Below, piece after piece: positions 39,795 to 52,000 of a stretch of 64,000 bases of DNA. Position 1 is the first letter of the stretch; every line of letters begins with the position of its first letter. The notes beneath the pieces were generated by a model. The model saw only the letters and a list, made by a program, of their open reading frames with translations, was not told the DNA's origin and did not search any database. The position numbers and the translations under genes were made by a program. Location of the stretch: assembly GCA_000004985.1 (NCBI GenBank), contig GG738859.1, one strand, 5' to 3'. This stretch comes from Naegleria gruberi (Eukaryota).

Positions 39795-41261
39795 ATGGGC
39801 CAGAATATGGATAAAAGATCATACAGAAGAGAACATGCCGAACTCTACATGAAATTAATTCAACACTATAGGAACGGAATGGTGGAAGATATGGCTGTGT
39901 CTCCTTCTTCAGAAAAATCTGATGAGGTTGTTAAGGTTTACATAAGAAAAAGACCAACATTTGAGAGGGAAGTTAATGCAGGAGAATATGATGTTGTTAC
40001 ATGTAGGCCTCATGAAATTATTGTTCACGATTGTAGAATGCACCCGTCAATGAAACCCTCATTGGCATATGTTGAATCCTTTAAATTCCCTTATCCTAAC
40101 ACCGAAGTTTTCGGAGAGAAGTCGACCACAGATGAACTTTACAAGTCTGCAGTCAAGCCACTGATACAGTTTGTTGCCGCTGGTAATGTTGGTACTATGT
40201 TCTGTTTTGGACAAACAGGAAGTGGTAAAACCTACACTATTACAGGATTGGTTAAAATGATGTCACAAGAATTATTTTCCCTTATTGCTAAATTACCTGG
40301 TACATACAGCGTTACTGCAACCTGCATTGAACTTATTGGAGAAAACTGTTTTGACTTGCTTAGTGACCATCAAGAAGTTCAATTGAGAGATGGTAAAACT
40401 GGTGATGTTGTTATTTGTGGTAACAAATTGTGTGCCCTTACAAGTGGATCCGAATTGAATGAATTATATAACTATGCTGCTGGATTGAGAGAAACACACG
40501 CCACCAAGGTCAACTCAAACTCATCACGATCTCACTACATTTGTAGAGTGTACATTGAAAATGCTGAAACAGGCAAACAGTATGCCAGACTTACTTTATG
40601 TGATTTGGCAGGTTCCGAAAGAAATAACGACTCGAATGAACATGATGCAGAAAGACTAAAGGAAACTGCTCAAATTAACAGCTCTCTCATGGCTTTGAAA
40701 GAAGTTATTAGATGTGTTGCATTGAATAAGGAAGGTGATAAAGTTCATATTCCATACAGAGGATCAAAGCTTACAAGATTACTGAAGGATTGTTTCGATC
40801 TCGAAGAAAAGAAAAAGAGACCACACACTGTTGTCATTGCTACAGTTTCACCACTCTCATGTGATTCAGAGCACACAACTGGTACCTTGAAACACACCTG
40901 TATCATGATGAGTAATGAAGTTAGTCAAGATGGAGAAAAGATTGTCGTCCAAGATGTTTTAGGTTCAGATCCTTATCAGAAGAGAGCCAATGTATTGAAA
41001 CCAATTGCCAAGATGACATACGAAGAAGTTATAGAATGGATTGGTACTGTTCAAAAAGGAAAGTTCAAGAAACATATTCACAAATTCCCATCAACGATGG
41101 ATGGTAAAGCTCTTGCCAGATTCCCTGATAAGAGATTACAACAAATTCTCGAAAGTGATTTACTCGGTAATGATTTGAGAAAAGAAATTATGAATTATAC
41201 AGACAAGATTAGTCAACAAAAGAAGCAATTTGCTGAAGACAATAGAAAATCTACCAAATAA
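39795..41261 (+). CDS. Kinesin motor protein, kinesin-13 (MCAK/KIF2-like) family; motor-domain-only, 488 aa
   Basis: VKVYIRKRPTFEREVNAGEYDVVTC.. matches the kinesin-13 neck/motor start IxVxVRKRP. P-loop FCFGQTGSGKTYTITG. Switch I SSRSHY. Switch II LCDLAGSER, followed by ..ETAQINSSLMALKEVIRCVA (kinesin-13 ..[20 protein letters not shown]). ATG at 39795 (aaaaATGggc). Confidence 0.75.
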   Translation: MGQNMDKRSYRREHAELYMKLIQHYRNGMVEDMAVSPSSEKSDEVVKVYIRKRPTFEREVNAGEYDVVTCRPHEIIVHDCRMHPSMKPSLAYVESFKFPYPNTEVFGEKSTTDELYKSAVKPLIQFVAAGNVGTMFCFGQTGSGKTYTITGLVKMMSQELFSLIAKLPGTYSVTATCIELIGENCFDLLSDHQEVQLRDGKTGDVVICGNKLCALTSGSELNELYNYAAGLRETHATKVNSNSSRSHYICRVYIENAETGKQYARLTLCDLAGSERNNDSNEHDAERLKETAQINSSLMALKEVIRCVALNKEGDKVHIPYRGSKLTRLLKDCFDLEEKKKRPHTVVIATVSPLSCDSEHTTGTLKHTCIMMSNEVSQDGEKIVVQDVLGSDPYQKRANVLKPIAKMTYEEVIEWIGTVQKGKFKKHIHKFPSTMDGKALARFPDKRLQQILESDLLGNDLRKEIMNYTDKISQQKKQFAEDNRKSTK

Positions 41262-41300
41262 CAACCTAACTAATTTATTAAACAATGTATATACAAATTT

Positions 41301-43424
41301 CTATTCCCTTATGTCTTCTGAATAGGTTGGGCATGGTGATCCAGGCATTTCTTTGGTCATTTCTGAAACATCCAAATCATCTACTGGTCCTAACAAGGCA
41401 TCTACAATGGTAGAAACGACAGGTTTCACTGGAATATGACTAAACTCATGAATGAACATGTCATAGGTTGAAGCTGGTTTTCCTTGTTGGGTATCTGCTG
41501 CTCTCTCATCTATGAATATTTTGGTTGGTGCTTCTCTTGATTCATTATATTGCTTGACAAGTTCAAATGCCTCTCTATTACTAACAATGCTACTCTTGTC
41601 AATTTCCAAATCTTGTTGAACTGTCTCAACAACATCCCTCACAATGAACTCACCAAAGTTAATAGATCTCAGTAATGCAAGAGCCATTGATACAAATGCC
41701 AATTGATTGAAAAACTCAAACATTGCAATACTATTGTACATGTACAAATTAGATAGAATAAAGCAAGAAGCTGTTGGAATAAAAGCAGCATTTCTATTCT
41801 TGCAAAATACCATACTAATCATTGGAACGTACAGGAAATTCAAGAGTTGATAAAAGAGCCACATCTTTTCACCTCTCACAATGTGATTCTGTTCGACATG
41901 CATTCGATCTGAATTATCCAAGAACATGTAGTAGAGAGAAAGTGATTCGAAACTGAGGGCAGAAACCAGGAAAATGATAAATGAAATGGAATTAGCATAT
42001 GGAAGACACATCATGATTAGCAATGTGAAAGCAACCGAAACGATTGCGTGTGAAATATACGAAACATATGGATTATCCAACATGAATGGATTAGTTTCTT
42101 CCAGTTGTGTTTGAGAAAAGTCAATACCATTCACTAACCAAATAACAAACTCTCTAGTTTTGTAAACTGTACTCAAGTACACATCTCTGTAAAGGAAATT
42201 CAACAAGGTTTTAGCTTGTCTAATAATGGAAATGCCAGTAAACCAATCTTGAAAATTCTTGGATGAGAATTTCATAGAAATTGGTTGAGCACTTGCACTT
42301 TTCAATGGATTAATTCCTTCATTATGATGGGTGACAGTTACTTGAGGTGAAATAATTGGTGCTTGTCTGATTGTCTCTAGATTTGGGGTCACTTCTTCCA
42401 CCTTTCCAGTTACTATTCTAGAATTATTCAAGGATCTATGCCTATCAAATTCAGTCTTTGGAATTTCATATTCCTTAATTGGAAATTGAACAGTTTGTTG
42501 AGATCCAAACCAAAAATTGGCAAGATTTGAAATATCCTGTTTAAATTCAGGTAAATTAATTCTATTCAATGCCATTAATTGACCAATAACATTTCTCTGA
42601 GGGAAATATTTTGAAATTTCATTGTAAACATCAACTTTTCCAATTCTACCACCTGAATCAATGCAATTCTTACTCACATCAACAGAATTGATTTCATGAT
42701 TGAAAACTTTCAAATATTCTTCTTCAAGGGAGGATTTGGAAGATACGTTGGAATCGAATATGATTGGACTAAAGAAATGGAGAGCATCTTTGAAAACTAA
42801 TCGATCAAAGATTAGATATTTACAAGAAACTGGAAATGAGGGAGAATTAACGGATTCAATCAATGGATTTGGAGGTTCACCAACGAATAATTGTTCATCT
42901 ATTTTTGGATATCTCAACAAGTAATTGTAAAAAATTGAATAATTACTAAATTTGTTTGATTTCTTATTTGGGAAAATTCTAAACTTGGAATGCACACGTT
43001 TAATCTTGCTAACTAAATAATCAATCATCTTCAATTGCTCTTCAATAATTGGAGAGTTGGAACATTTTTCCCGAACCATTTCATTCAATTTTTCAGAAAT
43101 TTCCAGATATTTCCCATGACTGAGATAAAACTTGTTGAATGTTGACTGTGAAAGTGGGTGTGAGAGTGAGAGATGTGGAGGTTTCTTTAGATAGGTTAAT
43201 CTTTTCAAAGATATTCTGGCCAATTCGGTTTTTGCAAGTTGGGATAAACAGTTTGTTGCTCTACTTTCGAATAGATTTAATTGTTGAGTTTGATGAAGAG
43301 AAGGACTTGCATTGAGTGTGGTAACACATATTGTACCTGTTGCTAGGACTTGGAGGGTGGTGAAGGAAACTATTAGAATGAGGGAAACAAGAAAGATTGA
43401 AATGAAGGTGTAAATGCAAGACAT
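41301..43424 (-). CDS. Multi-pass membrane protein with a signal peptide and a large (about 430 aa) N-terminal ectodomain
   Basis: N-terminal hydrophobic MSCIYTFISIFLVSLILIVSFTTLQVLA. At least five hydrophobic helices in the C-terminal third (YVSYISHAIVSVAFTLLIMMCL, ISFIIFLVSALSFESLSLYYMFL, WLFYQLLNFLYVPMISMVFC, AFIPTASCFILSNLYMYNSIAMF, LAFVSMALALL). No family recognised. ATG at 43424 (aaaaaaaATGtct). Confidence 0.5.
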   Translation of the reverse strand: MSCIYTFISIFLVSLILIVSFTTLQVLATGTICVTTLNASPSLHQTQQLNLFESRATNCLSQLAKTELARISLKRLTYLKKPPHLSLSHPLSQSTFNKFYLSHGKYLEISEKLNEMVREKCSNSPIIEEQLKMIDYLVSKIKRVHSKFRIFPNKKSNKFSNYSIFYNYLLRYPKIDEQLFVGEPPNPLIESVNSPSFPVSCKYLIFDRLVFKDALHFFSPIIFDSNVSSKSSLEEEYLKVFNHEINSVDVSKNCIDSGGRIGKVDVYNEISKYFPQRNVIGQLMALNRINLPEFKQDISNLANFWFGSQQTVQFPIKEYEIPKTEFDRHRSLNNSRIVTGKVEEVTPNLETIRQAPIISPQVTVTHHNEGINPLKSASAQPISMKFSSKNFQDWFTGISIIRQAKTLLNFLYRDVYLSTVYKTREFVIWLVNGIDFSQTQLEETNPFMLDNPYVSYISHAIVSVAFTLLIMMCLPYANSISFIIFLVSALSFESLSLYYMFLDNSDRMHVEQNHIVRGEKMWLFYQLLNFLYVPMISMVFCKNRNAAFIPTASCFILSNLYMYNSIAMFEFFNQLAFVSMALALLRSINFGEFIVRDVVETVQQDLEIDKSSIVSNREAFELVKQYNESREAPTKIFIDERAADTQQGKPASTYDMFIHEFSHIPVKPVVSTIVDALLGPVDDLDVSEMTKEMPGSPCPTYSEDIRE

Positions 43425-43478
43425 TTTTTTTCAACCTTTCCAAATTTGAGTAAAATTTAAAAATGTAAAGATACTATT

Positions 43479-46385
43479 TTAGTTAATATTAATTTGGATG
43501 ATTTCGTTCTTGTCAGTTTCGAAAGGTTCCAGAACGACGTTCACTTGTGAATCAATAATATCTGGTAATATTGATAGAGTTGACTTGACTAATCTTCCCT
43601 TTTCCAAATCTGACATCCATTTAAAGTATAAATTATTTGGCTGTTTCGTATTTTCTCTTCTTGTTTGTTGTGAAATCAATAGAGAATGACATGCCTTTCT
43701 AAGATTTTCAATATTTACAAATGGTAAATGAACAACCATCTTGGAATAGTGATAGAATGGATCTTTCAATGAATTTTTCAATCCTTCATCATTTGGATCA
43801 ATATCTAAATCTTCCTCAATCGTATGATTACTCTTCTTATGGTACAAATCATAAATTGTCGAGGTGTGAGATGAGATCAATTGGGAGAGAACTTGTTTTT
43901 CCTGATCGGTGTGAAGACACTCGTGCACGAGTTTGATTTTGTGGAGTGGGATCACTGCAAGTAAGCTTTCAATTGGATTCAGAGGAAGTCCCTTGTGGAA
44001 GGTTATTTCTGTGAAGAGTTCTTTCAAATTTACAAAATCACTAGCTGCAGGAGCATAATGGAAGTTATAGGAATATTCCCAAGATGGCACTCCAAAGTAG
44101 TAATAATAAAAGGTCCAGTACATTGCCTTGAGGTATTCCTTGACAAGTTCTCTCACTTGAGGACCTCCACCTTTTGAGGAGCTATCATAAGTGATATTGA
44201 GCTTTCTACTATAATAATTAACTTTCCACTTTTCCATATCAACATAGGGTGGAGGTGGCATTCCTTCTTTTTTCTTGAGTGAAATGCTAGATGTCAATAC
44301 TTTGAATTTCTTGACTCTTTCCTCCTCTTGATGGAATTCAAAGCTCAAATTATGTGTCTTTTGCTTGTAATCTTTCTTTTTGTAATTTTTCTTTGAAACC
44401 TTTACAAGTTTGCTTCCAGTCTTGGTTGATACATTTCCAAATACTACTAATTGTTCTACTGAGGTTTGCATGGATGTGTTGACTTGATTCTCAATAATAA
44501 TTGAGAGTTTGCTCACATTTTGGAAAGCACTGAGTTTCAATTTGAGTTCACATCCACTTGCTTGAATGGATTCTATTAAATCTTTTCCTTTGAATTCTTG
44601 ATTTATCTTGTGAGAGTCTATTGAAACAAAATCTACAGTTTGATTAATAAATAATTTGATGGAAATTCCTTCCAAATCTTTTGGTGTAGAATTATTGATA
44701 CGAATTAGTAAGCTGCACAGACTGAGAGGTTGTTTAAATGGAATGTCGAACATTATTTCAGAGTCGATATTACTCTTAGCAATATAGGTACTTGTGAATT
44801 TTCCTGAAACGCTAGCAGTGATGGAAGAGAGCATGAGGAACCTCTTCATTTCAATATCTGAATTTAGAGCGAGTGACTTGTCTAAATCAATCATTGCCAA
44901 TAGATTTTTAAAATGTTCAGTATTGACAACGGATTTAACAACCTCGAGATCATTATCATTTTGGTGACCGGCTTTAGGTTTGCTTTCTTCTTCACTTGCT
45001 GTTGTGGTGGTACTGGCCTGCTCTTTAGCTTTGGTCCTCTCCTCTATTGATTTCTTCTCATTGATCAATTGAAGCTCCTTCTTGAGTCTGTTTGTGAGAA
45101 CTCTCACCTCAAGACGACCAATTACTTGCATGAAAGTTTCTAATCTTTCCAAATTGATGAGTTCTGAAGGATTTGAAGAGTTGGTAATGTAGCATCCCTT
45201 AAAGACAGTTGAAAATAGAGTTCTATAAACTTTGAAGAGGTAACCAAGTGCATTTTCGTCCTTTCCAATATCTAGAGTTGGAAGTGAAGAAATAAAGTCA
45301 TTTCCACAAACAAACAACATGAGAATGAAATCATCAATCACTCTATTCAAATCAAATTCAATACTAGAATTCAAATCTTGTCTCATATATTTTTCAATTA
45401 ATTTTCTAACAAGAGAAATTTCCACCAAATGAAACTTGTGATCAAATCTGTCCTTGTCAACTGTTCTACTCGAAGAATTTGATTTCTTTTTAAAGTTTCT
45501 TCTAACTTTCCATCTAGAATACACTTGATTAAAAGAATCAGACACTGAAGGCATCCAATCTCTTAACACATAAATATCCTCCTCATGAGTAACTAGAGAA
45601 AGTAATATCAAATCACTATCCATACCATAAATCATGAATTTTTCACTCTTTCTATTTGGAATTTGTTGAACTTTTCTAATATGACTCATAATCTTGTGTT
45701 CTCCCTCACCAAACACACTCGAATCTGAAAAGATAATATTCTCAATATTTCTCCAATTTGGATCATCTTGTAATTTCCTCTTGATGAAAAACTGCAAATG
45801 TTCAGATAATTCCTTCATAAAACTAGTTCCACTCGTAATGGAAATTGAATCAAACAATGATTCATCCTCCTTCTTCTTTCTATTTTCCTCTCCGTGATGA
45901 AGATCATGTTGTTCTCCGTGATGATTTCCATGCTGATGGTGATGATGATGTCTCTTTGGTAAGCCAGAGTGATTATTGAATGAAACCCATCTTCTCTCAC
46001 GTTGCTGATTAATCTTGGCACATGGTGCTGATCCATCGAGAGCAAACATCAATGTCTTGGATGGTCTAAACCGATAGATTACCTCCTCCAAATATAACAG
46101 AATGGAAAAGATGAATTTTTCCATCGTCATCGGAATTTCCACTTCTTCATTATTTGATGAAGATGAAGAGGATGAAGAAGAGGACGATGATACTAGACGT
46201 TCCAATAATTTAGTTTGTAAATTAGTGTCCTTGAAGGTATGTATTATTCCATTCATATCAAGATAGAGATGATCAATAGTCATTGTTGTATTGGATGAAG
46301 AGGATGCTGATGAGGATGGAATGATTTCCTTGATCATCTCTGGACATTCACTCAACAGAAATGAAAAGAGAAACGGAACACCCAT
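43479..46385 (-). CDS. XRN-family 5'-3' exoribonuclease, divergent paralog (968 aa)
   Basis: N-terminus MGVPFLFSFLLSECPEM (XRN MGVP-x-FF-x-WL). LYLDMNGIIH. ..FALDGSAPCAKINQQRERRW (XRN AIDGVAPRAKMNQQRSRRF). SDSSVFGEGEHKIM. YGMDSDLILL. Catalytic acidic residues are present. Inserted 15-residue poly-Ser and His-rich (RHHHHHQHGNHHGEQHDLHHGE) tracts. ATG at 46385. Confidence 0.65.
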   Translation of the reverse strand: MGVPFLFSFLLSECPEMIKEIIPSSSASSSSNTTMTIDHLYLDMNGIIHTFKDTNLQTKLLERLVSSSSSSSSSSSSNNEEVEIPMTMEKFIFSILLYLEEVIYRFRPSKTLMFALDGSAPCAKINQQRERRWVSFNNHSGLPKRHHHHHQHGNHHGEQHDLHHGEENRKKKEDESLFDSISITSGTSFMKELSEHLQFFIKRKLQDDPNWRNIENIIFSDSSVFGEGEHKIMSHIRKVQQIPNRKSEKFMIYGMDSDLILLSLVTHEEDIYVLRDWMPSVSDSFNQVYSRWKVRRNFKKKSNSSSRTVDKDRFDHKFHLVEISLVRKLIEKYMRQDLNSSIEFDLNRVIDDFILMLFVCGNDFISSLPTLDIGKDENALGYLFKVYRTLFSTVFKGCYITNSSNPSELINLERLETFMQVIGRLEVRVLTNRLKKELQLINEKKSIEERTKAKEQASTTTTASEEESKPKAGHQNDNDLEVVKSVVNTEHFKNLLAMIDLDKSLALNSDIEMKRFLMLSSITASVSGKFTSTYIAKSNIDSEIMFDIPFKQPLSLCSLLIRINNSTPKDLEGISIKLFINQTVDFVSIDSHKINQEFKGKDLIESIQASGCELKLKLSAFQNVSKLSIIIENQVNTSMQTSVEQLVVFGNVSTKTGSKLVKVSKKNYKKKDYKQKTHNLSFEFHQEEERVKKFKVLTSSISLKKKEGMPPPPYVDMEKWKVNYYSRKLNITYDSSSKGGGPQVRELVKEYLKAMYWTFYYYYFGVPSWEYSYNFHYAPAASDFVNLKELFTEITFHKGLPLNPIESLLAVIPLHKIKLVHECLHTDQEKQVLSQLISSHTSTIYDLYHKKSNHTIEEDLDIDPNDEGLKNSLKDPFYHYSKMVVHLPFVNIENLRKACHSLLISQQTRRENTKQPNNLYFKWMSDLEKGRLVKSTLSILPDIIDSQVNVVLEPFETDKNEIIQININ

Positions 46386-46873
46386 CTTGTGCTATTTTTT
46401 TTTGTAAACTTTTTCATTTTAATCAAAAATTAACTGTTGTTTATCAATGATTGGTTGTTGAAATGATTGAGATATGGACTGGAACTGGATTGTTTCTCGG
46501 TTGGAAAGAAAAGACATCAAATCTTTTGAACAATAATGTGTTCCAGGGTTTTTCTATCAAAACCTGCAGTATTAATTAAAAAGAAACTTAAAGCTAAGAT
46601 CAAGGAAATAGAATTTCTTTAGAACATGGTTCTAAGCTATGAAACATTATTTCCTTACCAAACGTAAATACATCATTGAATAAGAAATCACAATCTCCTT
46701 AGTAATTTATTAGAGTGAGAATAATGCAGATTTGTGTAAATGAATTAAGCTTGAGCATGTCATAACACCAGATTACATTATTTATCCTTATAAATATCTA
46801 TTGTTGGTACAAATGTGGAAAAGTGATTACATTTATGGACTTATTTTAATTACCGCCCACAACCCAAAAAAAA

Positions 46874-49000
46874 ATGCAACAACTGGATATCACCTCGGGT
46901 CCTGTCTCTAATTTGTCCCACCTCATTCAATTCATCAGCAATTGTGACGAAATCATCAACCGAAACCCAAAACCACTTCATTATGAAGAATTGCCAAAAC
47001 CACAAAATTGCAATTTTGACTTTTTATTAATTGGTTCGAGAGCATTAAATCATTATTGGAGCACAGAGAGATGGCCCATCACCACCTCGTCAGACGAATC
47101 TATTCGAAACTCCACATGGACACGTACCATTATCAAGAAATGGTCCGAGGAGAGATTTAACAGAAAATCCGATTGGGATTTAATATGTATGAATAGGGAG
47201 GCACTTGTTAAATTGTTAAAATCCAAAGAATTTAAACAAGTTTCCATTAATTATATTCTCCATTACAATTTGAAAGTAAGAGATTGTGAAAGTGATAGTT
47301 GGAATGGATCGAATAGAAATTTTGTTGATTGGTTTTTGGATGGTGGTCAACCTAGGAGATGGATTGAGTTTTCTGTTCGATTGGAACAATTTGATGGTGA
47401 AATTATTGAAATTGAGTATTGTACTGATAGATATCATTTGATGAAATATTTAGAACTTTCGAATAATGTAGTCGATAGGGAGGAAGTGGAGAAACTTCCG
47501 TTGGGTTTGAAGGATTCTTCATGTGGAATTGCTCCATTACAATTATTGGAAATTATCAAGAAATCACATTTACAATTCAATATTATGAGTGAAAATTGGT
47601 TGAAACACATATTCGATACTGAACTAATTCACTTTATTCTTCCAAAATCTGATCAATATCAAGAAGAATCACTTTCAGATTCAATGAATAATTTTATTGG
47701 ACTTGTACATTACGATCGTCTCACTAAAAGAATTGTGAAATCCTTACAAGATGATGACAATGACAGTTTGTCCACCAAATTGGAAAAGTACATGTTTCAC
47801 AAATATAGAAATGATGAAGAGGATGTGGATAAAGTGATTAGTCCAGTAAATGAGGAAATGCTATTCAGTGCATTTGGAGTTTCGGCTATTTTTAAAGAAC
47901 CTTTTTTGTTGAAAAATAATTTTCAATCACTGAGTTATATTGCACAACAAGTTGCTGCATATTTACTGTCGTCAGTTACGCATGCTATTGAAGATTCGAA
48001 TGAATTGGAGAAATTGGTATTCGAATCGGTGAGAAATGCTATTGAATATAATTTTGATAACTTTCTCTATTCGATTATTAGGGATAACTTTATGAAGATT
48101 GCTGAAATGGTTTACAAAATGTTGAACAAACCTCAAGTTTTCAAAGAATTATTCGAAACTAGAGTTGAAATGAAAGATTTCAGATTTGAAAATACTCCAA
48201 TTGACTTTGAAAACGACAATGTGAAGGAAGTTTCAAATATGGAAGGCGCCACTCTCTCAAATCAATATCTTCCTATAGAAATTATTATGAAAATAGCATC
48301 ATACATTCCAAAGGCTCACGATTTCGCCAATCTAATGAGATTAGACAAGAGTTGGAATCATCTATTCGAATCTAATGATGTTTGGAAGTACCTTTACTTT
48401 TGCAGATATCCAACACCAGCTCACTACTCTTTCAAAAATGATAATTTCAAAGTGCACGATTGGAAACATTTTGTTCTCTCCAGATCCAACCTGGAAAGAG
48501 TTCAGTTTCCAACACAAAATGCATTAGATTGTCTTTCCAATGTGTTCAAATCAAAATTTATTGGGCAATCAACATTTTTTAAACAATTTGTTAATGATTT
48601 CTTTAACAATACGTATATTGCCGCCAAGATTTTCAAAGACGATACTGTGAACGAGTATAAAACCTTAAAGGCCTCCTTGATAACTTACTGGCCTCGTCAA
48701 CCTCCTCTCAAATATGAAATGGAAATTGTTTTAGATGTGGCCGTATACAGATCTGGGGATAGCAAAGGGAGTGGAAGAAGAGATACAGTTAGTGGAACAT
48801 TGTGTGGCTCAGGATATGAATACTTTTCAGATCCTGTAAAAAAGTCCAAATTCAGTATTCCACAAAATTTCATTGGCAAGTATTATCTGGAAAATATGAA
48901 ACCTGATCAATATGCTCCTCTCTTTACTACCTTACTGGCACTTGGTATGGGAAATGATTCCATTGTTCTTTGGGTATTGGGATTCGAGTGGTGCCGTTAG
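46874..49000 (+). CDS. F-box protein (708 aa) with a large N-terminal domain of unknown function
   Basis: F-box near residue 470: LPIEIIMKIASYIPKAHDFANLMRLDKSWNHLFESNDVWKYLYF. ATG at 46874 (aaaaaaaaATGcaa). Confidence 0.55.
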   Translation: MQQLDITSGPVSNLSHLIQFISNCDEIINRNPKPLHYEELPKPQNCNFDFLLIGSRALNHYWSTERWPITTSSDESIRNSTWTRTIIKKWSEERFNRKSDWDLICMNREALVKLLKSKEFKQVSINYILHYNLKVRDCESDSWNGSNRNFVDWFLDGGQPRRWIEFSVRLEQFDGEIIEIEYCTDRYHLMKYLELSNNVVDREEVEKLPLGLKDSSCGIAPLQLLEIIKKSHLQFNIMSENWLKHIFDTELIHFILPKSDQYQEESLSDSMNNFIGLVHYDRLTKRIVKSLQDDDNDSLSTKLEKYMFHKYRNDEEDVDKVISPVNEEMLFSAFGVSAIFKEPFLLKNNFQSLSYIAQQVAAYLLSSVTHAIEDSNELEKLVFESVRNAIEYNFDNFLYSIIRDNFMKIAEMVYKMLNKPQVFKELFETRVEMKDFRFENTPIDFENDNVKEVSNMEGATLSNQYLPIEIIMKIASYIPKAHDFANLMRLDKSWNHLFESNDVWKYLYFCRYPTPAHYSFKNDNFKVHDWKHFVLSRSNLERVQFPTQNALDCLSNVFKSKFIGQSTFFKQFVNDFFNNTYIAAKIFKDDTVNEYKTLKASLITYWPRQPPLKYEMEIVLDVAVYRSGDSKGSGRRDTVSGTLCGSGYEYFSDPVKKSKFSIPQNFIGKYYLENMKPDQYAPLFTTLLALGMGNDSIVLWVLGFEWCR

Positions 49001-49035
49001 AATGGCAATAGTGGTTACAGTTCAAAAATTAAACT

Positions 49036-52000
49036 TTACTTCTTTACAGTAAACTTGCTCAACAAGGCCTTGAATTTGGCATTTGTACTTTCCTTCAACT
49101 TGTTCTTGCTGGCATCAACAGCAGCTTCTGGAGCAGGAGTTGATTCAGTTGTGGTAGATGAGCTAGCTCCTGTTGTTGCTGGCTTGCCTCCCTTATTCTT
49201 CTTTTGTCTCTTTCTCTTCTTCTTGGTCTTGCTTTCTGCGGAGGCTGCAGCGGCTGTGGTGGTAGCAGTTGACTCACTTGTTGCTGTTGTTTCAGTGGCT
49301 GCTGAGCTTGAGGCCTCTGTTGATGAAGATGCTTCCTTCTTTTCTTCAGTCTTGGTTTCAACCTTGGCTTCTTGTTTTGTTGACTTGTTCTTCTTCTTCT
49401 TCTTTTTGGCTGGACCTTCATTGCTATCTTCAGAAGTTCTCTTTTTTTCAGCAGTAACCTTGGCCTTAGCCTCAGCAATCTCAGCTCTCTTGTTACGTGC
49501 GACTCTGGCTCTGATTGGTTTTCTTTCAGTGGAGATAGACTTTTCTTCATCCTGCATTTCGTTTGATTCCTCTGTGGTAGATTCCTTCTTTTGGTGTGGA
49601 GTCTTTTGGGAATTATCCCTCTTAGAAGCCTTACTTGGTCTATTTGATTTGTAATCTTCGTTACGATTAGGAGCTCTCTTTGATCCTTGAGTGGTCTTTC
49701 TTGGGAACTTGATTCTGAAATTGTTACTCAAATTGCTCAAATCTTGATCTTCAGACATACTGACAAATCCTCCTACTTGCTTGAATGTACCGAGCTGTCT
49801 AGTGAGTGTGGAAACCAACTTGGCTTTAGGAATTGAATTTGTTGTGACAAATTTGTAAGCATCTTGAATTGGTACTGTAGGTGTACTGAACTTGTAAGCA
49901 GCGACTGATGCCTTTAATTCGCTTGCAACTACTTCACTTCCGAAAACCATTTCATTTGTATCAATCTTTGAGAAAACTCCAGAGAGAAGGGTATCATCAC
50001 CTTTGAATTTTTCTTCCTTTTCAACCTTATCTTCGAGTGTAGAAAGCTTCTTGTTAACTTCTGAATCAACTGCTGTATAAATAACATCGATACCAAACTT
50101 GTTCTTTCTCGATTCTTCTTCAGATAAGAGTGGATCAATTTCCTTAGTGATATTTTTAACCAAATCAAGATCGATGGAAGGTAATAATGATACAGCCTTA
50201 TAAACAATACCAGAAAAGTTACCATCCTTTTCGAATTCCTTTGGGAAGAACTTATCCAACTTTGGATTATTAAGAATGTCAGTGTATGTCTTTGGCAAAC
50301 AAGCTTCCATACTTTCCTTTGGAAGAATGGAGATAAGTTGTTGGTAAGCTGTTAATGGTTCACCCTTTTCAAAAGTAGTAATATCCTTAATGTATTCATC
50401 ATTAATTTCATCATAACAATCCAAAATATCACACATGACAGGAGCATAATGTTCAGGATATCTCCAATACCAAGATGGTGGATCATTGTAGGAATAGTAA
50501 TTGAAAGCCCAAACAATACCACGAAGATATTCTTTAACTAGTGTTTTTCTGAAAAGCAAAGAGGAATCTCCAAATTTCTTATGATAGTATTCTTGATGGA
50601 TTTCATCTGTATATTTCAAAATAATTGAAGTATTAATTTCGTGAATTACTTCTGCAGGATTATAAAAGCAAGCCTTGATCAATTGTTCTGGTTCCTTTAA
50701 TGATCTCAAGTTCTTTTTCTTATGGTTTTTGAAATATTCACGTAAAATCTTGAATACTACCTCAAATGGTTTGTGTGAGGCATTGTTTTTAGAAATTGTC
50801 TTCATCATTTTATCAAATTTGTGCAATTTAAGATTGGAACCAGAATAACAACCTTTCATATCCTCAATGAAAGAAGGTTGTTGATAAATATCTTCTTGTC
50901 TTTGATAATGTCTAATAGTAGAATGATATAATTTAGCAAACATTCCAATTACAGATTCTTCTCTAATTGACTGCATAGCCTTAATCATATTTTTAATATT
51001 GATCATAGAACTATTTGTATAATCGACAAGATAGTGAGGTCTTGGATCAAAATTATCCCCAAGACCAGATTCTTCCATACATTGTAATAAATATTTGGCA
51101 TATGAGTACATGATAATAGAAGCAGCATGGTTGTGCATGACTAGTGAAGGAACGTTTGGCAAAAAGTCATTACCAACAAACATCAAAAGCAGCACAACAT
51201 CTGAAACAAAGTTGGCATTAGACCAATCAATATTTTGTGATTTCGATGATGTGTCTAATTCTGCAATTGAAGAATAGATAACTCTAGCAAAGTGTCTACC
51301 CAATTCAGAAATGTTAAACAATTCTTTGTCTCTCTTATTCATTCTAACATTTTCCGAATCTCTGTAACTGAAAATCTTTGGAAGTCCAATTAAGGATGTC
51401 AACATGATCAAGTCAGCATCCAAACCGTGTACTACATGAAGCATTTCAGAGAATTCCTTACTGTTAATTGCCTTTTCTCTCTTCATATAACTCAAAATTT
51501 TGTGTTCACCTTCTCCAGGAACACTACTGTCACTCACTATCACCTTAATATGTGGGAATTCAGTAGCAATCAATTTAGCAGCTTGGTGAACTGTACTCAT
51601 GCATTTCATCATGAAAGGTGTACCTGGTGAAATTACATTGTGATCCCAGTGATTCTTTTTAGCTTCCATCCTTGCAATAGCAGAGTCCAATAACTTTTCT
51701 CTTTGCTGAATTTTATCCACTTCACTTTCTTTGATTTCCTTAGTCAATTCGTCCTTTTCCTTTGTAATCTCTGATTGAATTCTTCCAATAAATTTAAGTT
51801 TTTGTTCATTTTCACTAATTGCAACAAATCTACGATGACGTTGTTGTTCTTGTTTGGCTGCTGGAGCAACACCATCAACAGCAATATAAAACAAATTATT
51901 AGGTTGCACTGTTCTGGCCAATTGTAACAATTCAGCAGTTATTCGTTTCATCATGTCATCTTCATTCTCAGGTTTCTTTCCTGTTTGAGGATGGCAACAG

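Noticed and set aside
49055-49654. Plus-strand 199-aa ORF and minus-strand 151-aa ORF (49095..49550) inside the 3' end of the XRN gene.
   Set aside because: They lie in the repetitive K/E/A/S/T-rich tail of XRN, where every frame is open. Their translations are pure low complexity. They have no start context and are fully contained in a well-supported CDS.
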